IMG/VR virus record: IMGVR_UViG_3300037258_000147
Coordinates: 1 to 64,000 of that record
Source: a virus
Length of the DNA: 64,000 nt
Reading direction: 5' to 3' (one strand)
Below, one piece after another: positions 38,992 through 49,578 of this stretch. The translations under genes were made by a program, and so were the position numbers. The notes under the pieces were generated by a model, which saw only the letters and a list, made by a program, of their open reading frames with translations, was not told the origin of the DNA and did no database searches. The number at the start of each line of letters is the position of its first letter. The stretch's first letter is position 1.

Positions 38992-41112
38992 TTATCCCCA
39001 CAACCCCGCTCCTAGAATATTCGGCATACCGCCGGGGCTGGCGCTTGGTAAGTCGGGTTCTGGTAAGAAATCTGTCATACTAGACATTAAAGGTGATGGA
39101 GAGTCCAAGGACTGAAACATGCCGTCATCTCCTAACAAAAACCTTGAAGGGGACATTTGTTGGTGTGGACTTATTACTCCGTCGTCGCCCATGAAATACG
39201 CTTGACCTAAATTCGGTCGGTAATTAGGGTCGTAGATGTCATACCAGCCTTGACGATCCACATTCGAAAACATTTCTGTTCTATTCTCTACGATGACCTG
39301 AGTTGCTTTGGGAGCATATCTATTAGGCATCTGAGAGATAACATCTGGTATATCGTCGTGGTGGTGACTAACGAGACATTTTTCCCACTCAGAATAAAAG
39401 GCTTCTAGCTGAGGGTCGTCGGGGGCCATGCAGGCGTTCAGAAATTTCAATCGGCCTTCAGCTATCCACGGGTGCATGGACCGCATACGGACACGTTTTG
39501 CGTCGACCTGATTGTCTGTGGGAACCCAATCAATATGGGAGCACACCTCGATTACGCGAGGATTCTGAGTTCTAAGCGCGGTAGAAATAATGGTGGGTTC
39601 GAGTAATTCGGAACCAGCCGCTTTTTCAATGCCGATAATCCACGGCTGTTCTTGTTCTGCTAGGTCTACGATGGCTTGGGCCAAGGCAGAGTGGTTGAAT
39701 CTGCCGCGAATAATTTTTCGGACGTATCCTACGGTTTTTCTGTTTCCGGTTTTAGTTCCGTCTGGTTTTAACTCGTCTTCTTCGGACCATATAATGGACG
39801 CGCCTGTGGAGTAGTCTCTGCCCTTTTTTTGGCTAAAAGCAAAGTCCCAGAACTGGCAGCAGGGACCTTGACGCGGTAGTCTTTGAAACGGGACAACCGA
39901 GCGAACCATAAAAGCTCGATTGAATTCTACGTCACTTGCCGCTTGAGGATTTTGATTAAGTTGACCTTCAGTTACTCTTTCGTTCTTAGTGAACTTACTC
40001 ATAAAGAAAGAGTAAGACATTAAGTTAGGAAGAAGAAGTATACATCCGTCTTCCCCGGCTTCGGAGTAGGTTACGGGGCGGCCTTCTCTGGCTAATTTCT
40101 CGGCAACTTCCTGCTTTATCTGACAACACTTGCCTATTAAGATGTCTACATTAAAGGTCTGGTTATGTAGAAATTGCCATCCCCGACCCTGACGAAGTAC
40201 CAAGACCTCGCCTTTGGTTTTGAACTTGTCGGTTAATTTTCCGTAGTGGTCTACCTCGTGATAACGGGTTCCGATAAACTGAATGTAGAACCCACCCCCT
40301 CCTGGAATCAAAAGGTTCTCGACCAAATCTAATTTTTCGGATACGCTAAGACATTGGGTCTCTGTCTCAGAGTTCTTATCCGAAACAGCATCATCTGCCT
40401 TTATAACTTCGTAATGCCAGCCCGATTTTGTCTTTCCCACTGACGAAGCAACAATCGTAGGTTCCTTACGTCCGGTTTTCTTTGACTTGTAGACTGGGGT
40501 TGTGTAGAGGTTCCCCTTTCTCATGTCTTTGGCTAGACTGCAATGTTCTGGAAAGAATAGATTCGAGAAACTCGGATCATCCTCCCGGATAGTAAACATG
40601 GCCTTGACTTCGCTCATAAAACCAACAGACAAGCTGGCTTCGGCGGTCAGGTATAGGATTCGGATGCTAGGGTATGCAATAACCCACTGGTAGGTGTCTA
40701 CGTGGTCCGAGAAACTTTTAGCTCCTCCACGCGGCCAAAGCAAGACTCTGGTTTTTACGGGACTAAGTTTCTCAATAGAGACAGCGGGGTCTTTCTTGAC
40801 ATATAGGTCCCAAATGGAGTCGTATTGCGGGTCTAAAAATATGTTTTTCTCTATCGGTAGAATTCCACCGTCAGAAGCCGGAATAGCGTCCCAGAGGAAA
40901 TAATGAGCTAACCACCGAATGTCGAATACGCAGCGCCTACGAACTTCTTTCCCCAAAGACGAGGTAGGTACAGTATCTGATCCTAATTTAGAAAGATTCA
41001 CTAAATCTTGTTTTATTTCCAGAAGAAAGGAGTATAGAATATCGTTTGGGATATTCTCTTTACTTCCATATTGATCCTGGAGTGAGTCGAATCTATCTCG
41101 ATTACCTGACAT
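38992..41112 (-). CDS. terL: terminase large subunit
   Basis: Walker A WPRGGAKS, Walker B IKADD, IGTRYH, nuclease motifs FWDFA, GIE and HDDIPD. Confidence 0.9.
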   Translation of the reverse strand: MSGNRDRFDSLQDQYGSKENIPNDILYSFLLEIKQDLVNLSKLGSDTVPTSSLGKEVRRRCVFDIRWLAHYFLWDAIPASDGGILPIEKNIFLDPQYDSIWDLYVKKDPAVSIEKLSPVKTRVLLWPRGGAKSFSDHVDTYQWVIAYPSIRILYLTAEASLSVGFMSEVKAMFTIREDDPSFSNLFFPEHCSLAKDMRKGNLYTTPVYKSKKTGRKEPTIVASSVGKTKSGWHYEVIKADDAVSDKNSETETQCLSVSEKLDLVENLLIPGGGGFYIQFIGTRYHEVDHYGKLTDKFKTKGEVLVLRQGRGWQFLHNQTFNVDILIGKCCQIKQEVAEKLAREGRPVTYSEAGEDGCILLLPNLMSYSFFMSKFTKNERVTEGQLNQNPQAASDVEFNRAFMVRSVVPFQRLPRQGPCCQFWDFAFSQKKGRDYSTGASIIWSEEDELKPDGTKTGNRKTVGYVRKIIRGRFNHSALAQAIVDLAEQEQPWIIGIEKAAGSELLEPTIISTALRTQNPRVIEVCSHIDWVPTDNQVDAKRVRMRSMHPWIAEGRLKFLNACMAPDDPQLEAFYSEWEKCLVSHHHDDIPDVISQMPNRYAPKATQVIVENRTEMFSNVDRQGWYDIYDPNYRPNLGQAYFMGDDGVISPHQQMSPSRFLLGDDGMFQSLDSPSPLMSSMTDFLPEPDLPSASPGGMPNILGAGLWG

Positions 41113-41122
41113 AAACCGTCCA

Positions 41123-41389
41123 TTAATTGGACAAATCGTCCTTGTCTTCCGGAGACCAGTATCGGCAACAGCCTTTTATCGGGTCTATAATCTTGAACCC
41201 GGTTTTCTTGTCCGAAGGAACTTGCTTGTCTTTTGCGACTATCTTCTGTCGGCAAAGATTTTTTCCTGTTAAATACTCGCAAGTTCCGCAGTGAATTCTG
41301 AGAGGGGTCTCGATATATTCAGATACACGAGTTCCTTCTCCGTGGGGTTCGGATTTACCCATCGCGGTTTTGGCTCTTGAGTCCGTCAT
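41123..41389 (-). CDS. small Cys-rich (HiPIP-like pattern) protein
   Basis: CGTCEY...C...IDPIKGCCRYW. Confidence 0.5.
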   Translation of the reverse strand: MTDSRAKTAMGKSEPHGEGTRVSEYIETPLRIHCGTCEYLTGKNLCRQKIVAKDKQVPSDKKTGFKIIDPIKGCCRYWSPEDKDDLSN

Positions 41390-41558
41390 TACTTTATTTT
41401 CTTTTCCAAAGCCAATCCGTGCATGTCAATTAGTGGAGATTCTTTTCCGTCTCCGTGAAAGCAGTGACCATACCCAGCCTCGGTAAGTTTATCGTAAATC
41501 TCGTAGTAGGTTTCTTCGGAGACTGGCAGAGTTACGTAGGTGTAAGTGGAGGTAAGCA

Positions 41559-41741
41559 TTACTTTTTTCGTTTCCGGGACTGGCCCGATTCGGACAGGGC
41601 GACTGCGATCGCCTGCTTGGGGTTTGTTACTTTCGGTCCTTTTTTAGAACCTGAATGTAGAGACCCGCTCTTAAACTCATCCATTACCGTTTTTACGGCA
41701 GCGCGTTTTCCAGATTTTGTAGTAGGCTTTTTGTCAGGCAT
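41559..41741 (-). CDS. DUF6496-like small basic protein
   Basis: VMDEFKSGSLHSG...KVTNPKQAIAVALSE. Confidence 0.75.
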   Translation of the reverse strand: MPDKKPTTKSGKRAAVKTVMDEFKSGSLHSGSKKGPKVTNPKQAIAVALSESGQSRKRKK

Positions 41742-41911
41742 CTACCAACTCCTTAAGCAGTTGCTCACCATAAACAGCTTCGTTTTCTTTCTCGGATGCT
41801 ATTGCAAGATAGCCGTTTAGACGAGAGTTGTTCGCCGACATTCTATCTTGGCGAATCTTTCCAGTCAGGTAAAATCGAAACCGCTCGATAACGTCTGGTG
41901 TCATATTTCCT

Positions 41912-42631
41912 TTAAAATATCGCGGCGGAAATTTTAGCTCCCGCTGCTAGAAACGGATTAGCTATATTCCACGTTCTTACAAAAGGATTCTTACTAGGGT
42001 GCAAATAAGTATAGGTTGCTTTGGTTTCTACTTGATCTCCAGTTTGGAGCATATGCTCCCCAGTTCCGGATATGGCTACAAAGTTTTTGCTTAACGGGCC
42101 GAGGTTATCCACAAAATCCGAAACCGCTTGTTTCTTTAACAAAGTATTTACGTTTGTTCCAATTTCCGTGTACTGGCTGACCATCGGATTTACTCTACCT
42201 AGCATCCCGTGAAAATCATCAAAAATTGTTTCTTCTTGGGAGTCTAATACGGACAGGTTTTTGTCTTCGTGATTAGCAGCAATTTCTAACTGTCCGGCAG
42301 TTAATCTAAAAGTCCCTAGAGTTTTATTTACATCAGCCAAAGTTCCGCAAGGGCCGGGTACGCAATTCCGATTAATGGATTGTAATGTGGTGTTAATTCC
42401 AACTGAGGTGCCCCCAAGTTTTTCGGAAGCACTGGACAAGGACCGCGAGGTTTTGCTGACCGCTGTATCTAGGTTGTTTAAACTCTTGGTAGTCTGGACC
42501 AAAACCGTGGATGCTTGGTTCCCTAAATTCTTAATAGCCCGAGTCGTAGTCCATAAGAAATACGACCCGAATCCTAGAAATATAACTAGAGACAAGCAAC
42601 AAACGATTTTGGACCAGTACAGGAGTTTCAT
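41912..42631 (-). CDS. membrane-anchored coiled-coil protein (possible i-spanin)
   Basis: N-terminal TM helix plus long helical periplasmic-type region. Confidence 0.5.
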   Translation of the reverse strand: MKLLYWSKIVCCLSLVIFLGFGSYFLWTTTRAIKNLGNQASTVLVQTTKSLNNLDTAVSKTSRSLSSASEKLGGTSVGINTTLQSINRNCVPGPCGTLADVNKTLGTFRLTAGQLEIAANHEDKNLSVLDSQEETIFDDFHGMLGRVNPMVSQYTEIGTNVNTLLKKQAVSDFVDNLGPLSKNFVAISGTGEHMLQTGDQVETKATYTYLHPSKNPFVRTWNIANPFLAAGAKISAAIF

Positions 42632-42640
42632 AGTTCCAAA

Positions 42641-43021
42641 CTACGAGATTTGTCCGGACAAGGCGTTCAGGAAGGATACGATTCCGTTGGCTCCTGCTTG
42701 AATCTGAGCAGCAGTTGGAGTAGGGAGTTTATTCTGCTGTGCATACGCAAGTGCGGTTGGGGTGACTGCGGCGATTACTGCGGCCAGTTTCTGAGTTCCC
42801 GTGCCGTTCTGTTGTGCGGCTCCAGCAGCCAAAGCTTCCGTCTTTAGGGACTCGGTGATATAGGTGTTAGCAAGATTTACAAGACCAGTGATTTCTGGGA
42901 ACGCAGTTTCTGCCACACTTTCTCCTGCGGTAATAAGGGCCTGCCCTTGCGGGCTGCCGACATACGCGAATACTTTCTTCACATCCGCGCCAATAGTTTC
43001 TAGTACGCTCTTAAAACTCAT
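42641..43021 (-). CDS. hypothetical protein (holin-associated type)
   Basis: Ala-rich; GTGTQKLAAV. Confidence 0.55.
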   Translation of the reverse strand: MSFKSVLETIGADVKKVFAYVGSPQGQALITAGESVAETAFPEITGLVNLANTYITESLKTEALAAGAAQQNGTGTQKLAAVIAAVTPTALAYAQQNKLPTPTAAQIQAGANGIVSFLNALSGQIS

Positions 43022-43281
43022 TTTGTTGCTCCTTGGGGTTGGGCCGGGGGTACCGGCAAAATAGGATTTGAATTATTCCTCGATATTGGAAGTGCTGTTT
43101 GAACCGAATCCCGAATCCAAGTCCATAATTCCTGCGGGGACTTAGGAATGCTAGGAGGCATATTTTTGGCTATAGACAAGCCTCCCGCGATGGCTCCAGT
43201 TCCGTATGCCTCGGAATGTCGAGTGACATGGCCTCCAATAGTGGACCAGAAGTCGCAAAAGAATTTCCAAAAACAGTCCAT
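43018..43281 (-). CDS. small membrane protein (holin-like)
   Basis: hydrophobic core, MPP...LWTWIRDS. Confidence 0.45.
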   Translation of the reverse strand: MDCFWKFFCDFWSTIGGHVTRHSEAYGTGAIAGGLSIAKNMPPSIPKSPQELWTWIRDSVQTALPISRNNSNPILPVPPAQPQGATK

Positions 43282-43282
43282 T

Positions 43283-43564
43283 TTACATTCCTGCGGGAAG
43301 TGCTTGGGCTTGGGCAGGTTCTGGCGGAGCCGCTGCGGGTGCCGCGCCCTGATCTCCCATTGTTTGGTCTAGGTGATCGTGCAAACTGTTCATATCGGGG
43401 ACTACATGCTGCTCTGTTTCGGGCATACTGCCGTCTTCTTCGGGGGAGAAGTGGTGGTGAGCAATGAATCCTCCCGATTTTCCGCGATGAATTTCTAGGT
43501 GATGCGGCTTTTTGCCGGATTTACTTTTCGACTTTTTTCCGCCCATGGCAGACTTGGCTCTCAT
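43283..43564 (-). CDS. hypothetical His-rich protein
   Basis: ORF track; AAGG RBS. Confidence 0.6.
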   Translation of the reverse strand: MRAKSAMGGKKSKSKSGKKPHHLEIHRGKSGGFIAHHHFSPEEDGSMPETEQHVVPDMNSLHDHLDQTMGDQGAAPAAAPPEPAQAQALPAGM

Positions 43565-43666
43565 ATTTTTTCCTTGTCCATTAAATGGACGATTAGATTG
43601 ATTTTGTTAATTAACTGTCGCGCTCGCGAAGGTCGCGCCTTGTGCGTTGCTCACGGTTCCCCAAAC

Positions 43667-45910
43667 TCACTGTCCGGCGAGGAGCAACTGCGGCGGCGTG
43701 CTGCCCGTGCCACTCGTGGAGTCATTCTCAAACACCTTTTCGTCAAACTGCCGCACATCCGGCCAGAGCATCGTTCCAGTACAAGAGCCCGGGTTTGAAG
43801 CAAGCGCATATTTGATCGTCGTCGTGGTCGAACCGGTCATAAACACTTCCGCTCCGGTAGCTGTCCCGGCTCCGCTGGTTGCGCAACTGCCTCCACTGAT
43901 CTGGAGCGGGCCGATAATGTCGTTCGCATTGCCGGGGAGCCCGGAAACAGTCAGAGTCTCCGTTCCGCTGGTCCAGCTTGAGCCCGTGATGGTGTAGGAG
44001 TTCTGGTAGCTCGTGTCTACCGGTAGATGGTAGTAGGCCAGGGCCGCAGGGTTGTCATAGGCGAATCCATTGACGTGAGGGCCGCTAGTCACGTCAGGTC
44101 CAGCGGCGGGGAAAGGATTCGTCGTCGAACCGGAGCAAGAAGTCGGGAAAGTCGCCCAGCTTGTGCAAACCTTCCACCACGAGAGGCCGGTCCCGCCGGA
44201 AGGATGGGCCGTAGCCGAGTTCATGAAGAACGATGCTGGAATGGTACCCGAACCTCCGCAGACCGCTGGTGTGGAGGGGACCGAGTTTTCAAACGGCACC
44301 GCGTTCCCGCTCAAAGTTACGGGGACCTCGCTCGACTGGCACCGCACCGCATTGTTGACCGTATCGTAGTTGGCCCAGCGCATCAGGCTTGTGGGCGTCA
44401 ACGTGTCGCCAGGACCATGATTCACGCGGAAGATTGCGCCGTCGGACGTGCCCTGATACACGGTGCATTGTTGCCCATTTGTATTGCCGAGCGCATTCGC
44501 AACGGCATTGTCGAAGCGGTGAAACGAGTCGAACGAAAGGCCGTCTCCGGTGATTCCTGCGCTATGGATAAACGGTGGATCGGTGCAGGAATCGTAGTTC
44601 CTAAAGAAAGTGTTCAGGTCGCCGGTGCCCCAGGTATCGTCGTCGTCGATCCAATTCATCTCGTTGCCTTCGTTGAGGAGGAAGGAAACGCCGGAATTGA
44701 AATTGTCATGCTGGTAGTCGGTGGACTGTACGTAGTTCGCCGTGACGTTCTGCGCGAAGTTGTACGCGATCACGTCTCCGGTCGATGCTCCGTGGCCCTC
44801 AAGAAACAGACCGTTTTCAGCCAGATTGTTGATGATGAGGCTGTCGGAATCGTTCCACAGCACCACTTGGAATCCATTGCCGGACATCGTGGCCGGGGCC
44901 GCACCGAAGAAATAGCTATTGGCCAGGAGATTGTTTTTTCCTGCGGTATTGTTCCCAACGATGAGTGCGGTGCCGTTACCGCCAACGAACCGCACGCCTT
45001 TAATCCAGGAAGCGTAGCCAACAAGCGCGGTAGTGGGGCTGACGATGGTCAGGTCTTCAAGTCCGCTGCCAAATCCGCTGGTGCCGCTCGACCAGTAGAG
45101 GACGGCGGTGTTGGACGTTGACCAGTTGGGAAGATAGATTCCTGGCGCGAAGCCGAGAGTGTACGAGCCCCCGCCGTTATTGGTGACGGAGGTTATGACC
45201 ACGACTTGCTTTTGTGAGGTCTGTTGGCCGCTCCCCGAACCGCTGCCGGAGATATTGCAGACACTCGACCCTCCGCAGACAAAGACCGCGCCGTTGTCCG
45301 TGATTGATCCTGTCGGGCAGGAATTGAAGCCGGAAGTGTTCTGCGCGCTTCCGCTGAATCCAGAGTCGCATTGGTTGAACCACGCCAGCGCGTGAACCAC
45401 CGGAGTTGCGCCGGAAGCACTGGTTACCGTGACTGAAGTGGCACCGGCGGATGGGCTGGCGTTCAACGTACCGCCTCCAATTGATCCATTGCCTCCAACG
45501 CTTAGAGTTCCACCGGATTGCGTCAGAATGGTGCTCATCGGACCTGACCCGCGCAGCGTTGTGTAAGCAGCGTTGACGCTGAAATTGGAGCTCATGGAGA
45601 ATGCCCCGGCGGCCAGCAGCAGGTACGATCCTGTCGGATTTGCGGAGGCGCAGGCCGATAGCGCAGTGGCAATCGTTGATGTCGAAGTCCCTGCCGCAAC
45701 CGGTACGGTGATTCCCGCCTGAGCGGAAGTACAGGCTGGACGTGTTGGCGGAGTCCAGGGGTTAGGCGGCATCTCACCGTCAGGCAGCGAAGCGGGGAGG
45801 CCCGCCGATCCCCAATCGATTGCGCGCGCGGGAGCGATGATGCCCGACCATGATTGTGCGGGAACAAGCGAACTAGAAAACAACAGGGCCAGAAGCACAA
45901 TCTTCTTCAT
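43667..45910 (-). CDS. secreted beta-helix (polysaccharide lyase/hydrolase-like) protein
   Basis: signal peptide MKKIVLLALLFSSSLVPA-Q; IDWGSAG, TTLRGSGP, NNLxEN repeats; high GC. Confidence 0.7.
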   Translation of the reverse strand: MKKIVLLALLFSSSLVPAQSWSGIIAPARAIDWGSAGLPASLPDGEMPPNPWTPPTRPACTSAQAGITVPVAAGTSTSTIATALSACASANPTGSYLLLAAGAFSMSSNFSVNAAYTTLRGSGPMSTILTQSGGTLSVGGNGSIGGGTLNASPSAGATSVTVTSASGATPVVHALAWFNQCDSGFSGSAQNTSGFNSCPTGSITDNGAVFVCGGSSVCNISGSGSGSGQQTSQKQVVVITSVTNNGGGSYTLGFAPGIYLPNWSTSNTAVLYWSSGTSGFGSGLEDLTIVSPTTALVGYASWIKGVRFVGGNGTALIVGNNTAGKNNLLANSYFFGAAPATMSGNGFQVVLWNDSDSLIINNLAENGLFLEGHGASTGDVIAYNFAQNVTANYVQSTDYQHDNFNSGVSFLLNEGNEMNWIDDDDTWGTGDLNTFFRNYDSCTDPPFIHSAGITGDGLSFDSFHRFDNAVANALGNTNGQQCTVYQGTSDGAIFRVNHGPGDTLTPTSLMRWANYDTVNNAVRCQSSEVPVTLSGNAVPFENSVPSTPAVCGGSGTIPASFFMNSATAHPSGGTGLSWWKVCTSWATFPTSCSGSTTNPFPAAGPDVTSGPHVNGFAYDNPAALAYYHLPVDTSYQNSYTITGSSWTSGTETLTVSGLPGNANDIIGPLQISGGSCATSGAGTATGAEVFMTGSTTTTIKYALASNPGSCTGTMLWPDVRQFDEKVFENDSTSGTGSTPPQLLLAGQ

Positions 45911-46650
45911 TTGAACCCCGCCGCTGTTCCGGCAAATGATTGGAAGCCTGCGCCGATTTGACCGGTAATCGAAGTCTGCGTGCTGCTGAATATGAAATCC
46001 TCACAACCAGAATCGGTAGCTGTAGTCAGGGTTGCTCCAGAGACTCCTCGCAATGTCGCTGATGATGCGCCTATCGTGCCTGCCGTCCATGCGGCCCCTG
46101 ATCCCGAAGCGCCTGCGCACACAATAACCAACTCCGCAGATGCGCCCGTGGAGAATGCTGGCGAGGTCCATTGCGAGGCTGCCGTGGCTTGGTAGCTTCC
46201 CGTTTGAACGTCGAAAGAGGGCGAGCCAGCGACGGTGTAGTGCAGCACGACCAGGCTTGAAAATGTTCCCGCGCCGGTCGCGCAACTAAAGGTTGTGCTG
46301 CCTGTTGAAGTCATCCTACTCCAGGCACCTTGCAACGTTCCCGGACCACCACCCGTAGCTTGCGGCGTTAACGTATTCCATGTAGAGGACGGCGAACTGG
46401 TGAAGGTGAAGGAAGCGACAGCCCCAAAGGTTCGACAATACTGATATACGAAGTCTCCGGCGGTAACAGAAAGGGCCGGGCTGGTTATGGTGCCTCCGCC
46501 CGCCACTTCATCCACAAAAGTGTAGTTGACAAAAGTGTAGGTCGCACCGCCGCCGCCAGTCGCTTGGGGGACGAACGGGAACGGCATCACCGGAGACTGT
46601 GCCGCGCACGATGCACAGAGGACGAGCAGAGCCAGCATCACTTTGCTCAT
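45907..46650 (-). CDS. secreted beta-rich protein
   Basis: MSKVMLALLVLCASCAA-Q; ATGA overlap with upstream gene. Confidence 0.65.
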   Translation of the reverse strand: MSKVMLALLVLCASCAAQSPVMPFPFVPQATGGGGATYTFVNYTFVDEVAGGGTITSPALSVTAGDFVYQYCRTFGAVASFTFTSSPSSTWNTLTPQATGGGPGTLQGAWSRMTSTGSTTFSCATGAGTFSSLVVLHYTVAGSPSFDVQTGSYQATAASQWTSPAFSTGASAELVIVCAGASGSGAAWTAGTIGASSATLRGVSGATLTTATDSGCEDFIFSSTQTSITGQIGAGFQSFAGTAAGFK

Positions 46651-48980
46651 CGCACCACTCTCCAGTTGAGTGTCAAGGCTCCGGGCGTGATCGATGCGGA
46701 AGTAGAATTGCAGACTTTGAAATTGACGTTGCCAGAAGTCGGATACGGATAGATACTCAAGACCGCACCCGTAGATGACGCGCCGTAGCCCGTCACTGCC
46801 GTGGGGTCGCCGTTGAAGCCCACTGTGATGGTATCCGTGGTCGCCACGCCGGTTGCCGAGACCGTGACTACTGTTTCGCAAGCTCCAGAGGCTACCGCGC
46901 CGGTGTTCATGGCGGCTGTCCCGCTGGCTATCAGCACGCCGAACGCGCCCGCCGTTCCTGTGTTAACGGCAAGCGCCGTAGCAACGCCAGTGCCGAGACC
47001 CGTAACCGCGCTCAGCGGAGCCGCCGCAACTGTCGTGGCGCACGAACCTGCGGAAGTGGTCACGTTGCCGGTAAGTGCGGGCTGTTGCGCGCACGGCACT
47101 GTGCCGCTGTTGATCTGTGCACCGGAAATGCTCTTGTTGGTCAGCGTCTGCGTGTCGCTCGTGCCGACAATCGCTCCCGATGGTGCAGACTTCCCGGCGA
47201 GCGTGCTTGCATTGCCCCACGCCGCGTTAAAGTTGGTCCCGTCGGTCAGGATAGTGAAGCTGGCAGGACCGAGAACTGTTGAAGGTCCGTTGTACGTCAC
47301 CGTCCCGCTAGTGACGGTCAGTGTGCTGCCGCTGGTAACCTGAAAACTCATGATCCCGCCTGTGCACACAGCAGAAGGCAGCGTCACCGTCACGCTTGCG
47401 GTCACGTAGTAGGAGTTCCCCGCGCAGGATGCGGAGAACGAAGTCCCTTCCGTAGTCTGGTTTGTGTTCGCAGCAGCCGCGCCCATGTCGCCGAGAGCCT
47501 GCGTGGGCGTGCGGTACTGAATCAGGTGGAGCGTCGAAGTCGATTCGGCAAACTCCGGGGTTGTAGTTGTGCCAGAGCCGTCGCTGACATTGCCGCTGCC
47601 GCTGGCGTTTGCCAGTACGAACGCATCGGTCGCCAACTTGGTCGTGTTGTCGCCCACGGTTTGCGTAGTCGCCGCCGTGCCGTTCGGCAGCGCGGGTGTG
47701 CCGCTCAAGTTCGAGGCAGTCCCGCCCACGTTGCACGATGTGCAAGTTCCCGTAAGATTAGTAATAACTCCAGATGTTGGGGTTCCGAGCAACGGGCTAA
47801 CTAAAGTAGGCGAGGTTGCAAATACTGCCGCACCCGAACCGGTTTCATCAGTCAAGGCACTTGCTAAATTCGCGCTGGAAGGTGTTGCTAGGAAGGTAGC
47901 GACTCCAGTTCCTAATCCAGTAATTCCAGATACCGGAACACTAGTAGCTGCAATAGTTCCGCTTCCGGATACCCCAAGAGAAGCCCCAGTTCCAACCACC
48001 ATCGCAGCGGTAGTATTAGTGCTGCTGGTAAGAGCAGAGAAAGCCGAAGAACCAGAACCGCAAGACCCCCAAGTTGGAGTAGCAGCAGGACCTGCTGAAA
48101 GAAAACAATTCCCTAATGTTCCAGCAGAACCGGCTACCTCTAAAGGAGAAGTAGTTCCAGAAAGATTTATCCCAGCAGAATAAGTATTTAGTGCGCTGAA
48201 TGTCTGGGCAATTCCCAAGCCTGCTACTGTAGCACTAGTAGCCGGGAACGTCATTGTAGTAGCGTCTGTTCCGGCAAAAGTAAGGCTGTTACTTATAGTA
48301 AGGGTCTTGGAAGTAGTTCCGCCAGCAACCGAAAACCCTGTTGCGCGCGCAGTGAAAGTCAAACCATTTACGGTAGACGGAGTAATCGCCCCGAGGGTGA
48401 TAGTTAGATTAGGAGTCGTTCCTCCAGAAGAAGTACCAGACACTCCGTTTGCTGTGGCTACCCCAATTGCTGTTACTGTCCCGGTTCCCGGGGCTCCGCC
48501 GTCTGTCAACGTGCAAGTAGAACCAGATACTGTACAGGTAACGACGTGGCCGTTTGTCGGAACCGTAACGAAACCTAAAATTGTGTTTGAAGTAGTAGCA
48601 GCACTTCCCCAAATCGTATGGGCTGCGGAACCCCCGTTAGCTGTCTGAAGAGTTCCCGCACTTGTTCCGTCGATTCCTAAAACTGGGGTAAATGTTAATG
48701 CTGGGGTTGCTCCGGCCATAATCTGACCAACAGAACCTGCAAGGTCTAGCGTAGTCGCGCCCGCACTTCCCCCAACCGCAATAGTAGAATGGGGAGAAGT
48801 AATCGCATCTCCGCCGCCGCTGCTACTAAACGTAAAGGTCTGCCCCGATTGACTAACTCCCGTGCCGTTAAAGATATACGGGGGCGGAACTCCGTTGATC
48901 GTAGGAGATGGAGTCTGCGCACTCGTCCATTTTATGGACAAAAAAGCGAGCGCGATAAATAATAGATTTCTTGCTTTCAC
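46647..48980 (-). CDS. tail-fibre-like protein with signal peptide
   Basis: GLGTGVATFLATPSSANLASALTDETGSG, GDNTTKLATDAFV and TQTLTNK fibre motifs. Confidence 0.75.
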   Translation of the reverse strand: MKARNLLFIALAFLSIKWTSAQTPSPTINGVPPPYIFNGTGVSQSGQTFTFSSSGGGDAITSPHSTIAVGGSAGATTLDLAGSVGQIMAGATPALTFTPVLGIDGTSAGTLQTANGGSAAHTIWGSAATTSNTILGFVTVPTNGHVVTCTVSGSTCTLTDGGAPGTGTVTAIGVATANGVSGTSSGGTTPNLTITLGAITPSTVNGLTFTARATGFSVAGGTTSKTLTISNSLTFAGTDATTMTFPATSATVAGLGIAQTFSALNTYSAGINLSGTTSPLEVAGSAGTLGNCFLSAGPAATPTWGSCGSGSSAFSALTSSTNTTAAMVVGTGASLGVSGSGTIAATSVPVSGITGLGTGVATFLATPSSANLASALTDETGSGAAVFATSPTLVSPLLGTPTSGVITNLTGTCTSCNVGGTASNLSGTPALPNGTAATTQTVGDNTTKLATDAFVLANASGSGNVSDGSGTTTTPEFAESTSTLHLIQYRTPTQALGDMGAAAANTNQTTEGTSFSASCAGNSYYVTASVTVTLPSAVCTGGIMSFQVTSGSTLTVTSGTVTYNGPSTVLGPASFTILTDGTNFNAAWGNASTLAGKSAPSGAIVGTSDTQTLTNKSISGAQINSGTVPCAQQPALTGNVTTSAGSCATTVAAAPLSAVTGLGTGVATALAVNTGTAGAFGVLIASGTAAMNTGAVASGACETVVTVSATGVATTDTITVGFNGDPTAVTGYGASSTGAVLSIYPYPTSGNVNFKVCNSTSASITPGALTLNWRVVR

Positions 48981-48984
48981 TCAA

Positions 48985-49335
48985 TCACACTGTCCAGTAA
49001 AGATACAAAACGGTTCCAGTCGCAGTTAAACCTGTGACAGCGAAATCTCTCCAAGTAAAAGTTCCGAGCGGTTCTGTCGGTTCGTCCGAATATAAAATAG
49101 AGCGCGCGCCTACGGAGGCGGCCACGGGCAGCGGTGGGTACAAATTAATCGAATCGGATGGGGCCGTAATGGTTACAGTTCCAGCAGACGAGGCTCCGCC
49201 CGTCCCGACTACGAGAACTAATTTGTAGACACGAATTCCTGTGGTATACCCGGCATTTTTGACAGCCGTTATATTGCGCCATGACGTGGTATCAGTATCC
49301 AGAGTCATGGGCTGGTTCAAAGGTTGGTTAGCCAA
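48985..49335 (-). CDS. putative structural protein
   Basis: GAGGT RBS + TTG; beta-rich. Confidence 0.55.
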   Translation of the reverse strand: MANQPLNQPMTLDTDTTSWRNITAVKNAGYTTGIRVYKLVLVVGTGGASSAGTVTITAPSDSINLYPPLPVAASVGARSILYSDEPTEPLGTFTWRDFAVTGLTATGTVLYLYWTV

Positions 49336-49344
49336 GGTTACCTC

Positions 49345-49554
49345 TTATAAATCAAAATGATGGCGGATAGCTTGCTTCAGTTTGGATATAACCGCCTGAA
49401 AGTGTACCTGAAGACGCGGCTCAGCCAAATCTCTGGCAACCAACAGATCGCCGAGCCAGTCTTTTAATTCTTGTTCTACGTCGGAGAGAATAAGGGTTCG
49501 GTCCCAAGCCCATAGACAGGCTAAAAGTGCTATGACTAAAAATACGAGCCACAT
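49345..49554 (-). CDS. small membrane protein
   Basis: N-terminal TM helix; GGAGG RBS. Confidence 0.5.
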   Translation of the reverse strand: MWLVFLVIALLACLWAWDRTLILSDVEQELKDWLGDLLVARDLAEPRLQVHFQAVISKLKQAIRHHFDL

Positions 49555-49578
49555 ATTCCCTCCGACGGTTGGGTTTAA

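Noticed and set aside
41389-43564. Terminase small subunit upstream of terL
   Set aside because: None of the small ORFs shows a recognisable TerS HTH/oligomerisation pattern; left unassigned.
44027-48648. Long + strand ORFs (e.g. 44027-45121, 47569-48183)
   Set aside because: Antisense shadows of GC-rich minus-strand genes; no RBS or recognisable motifs.
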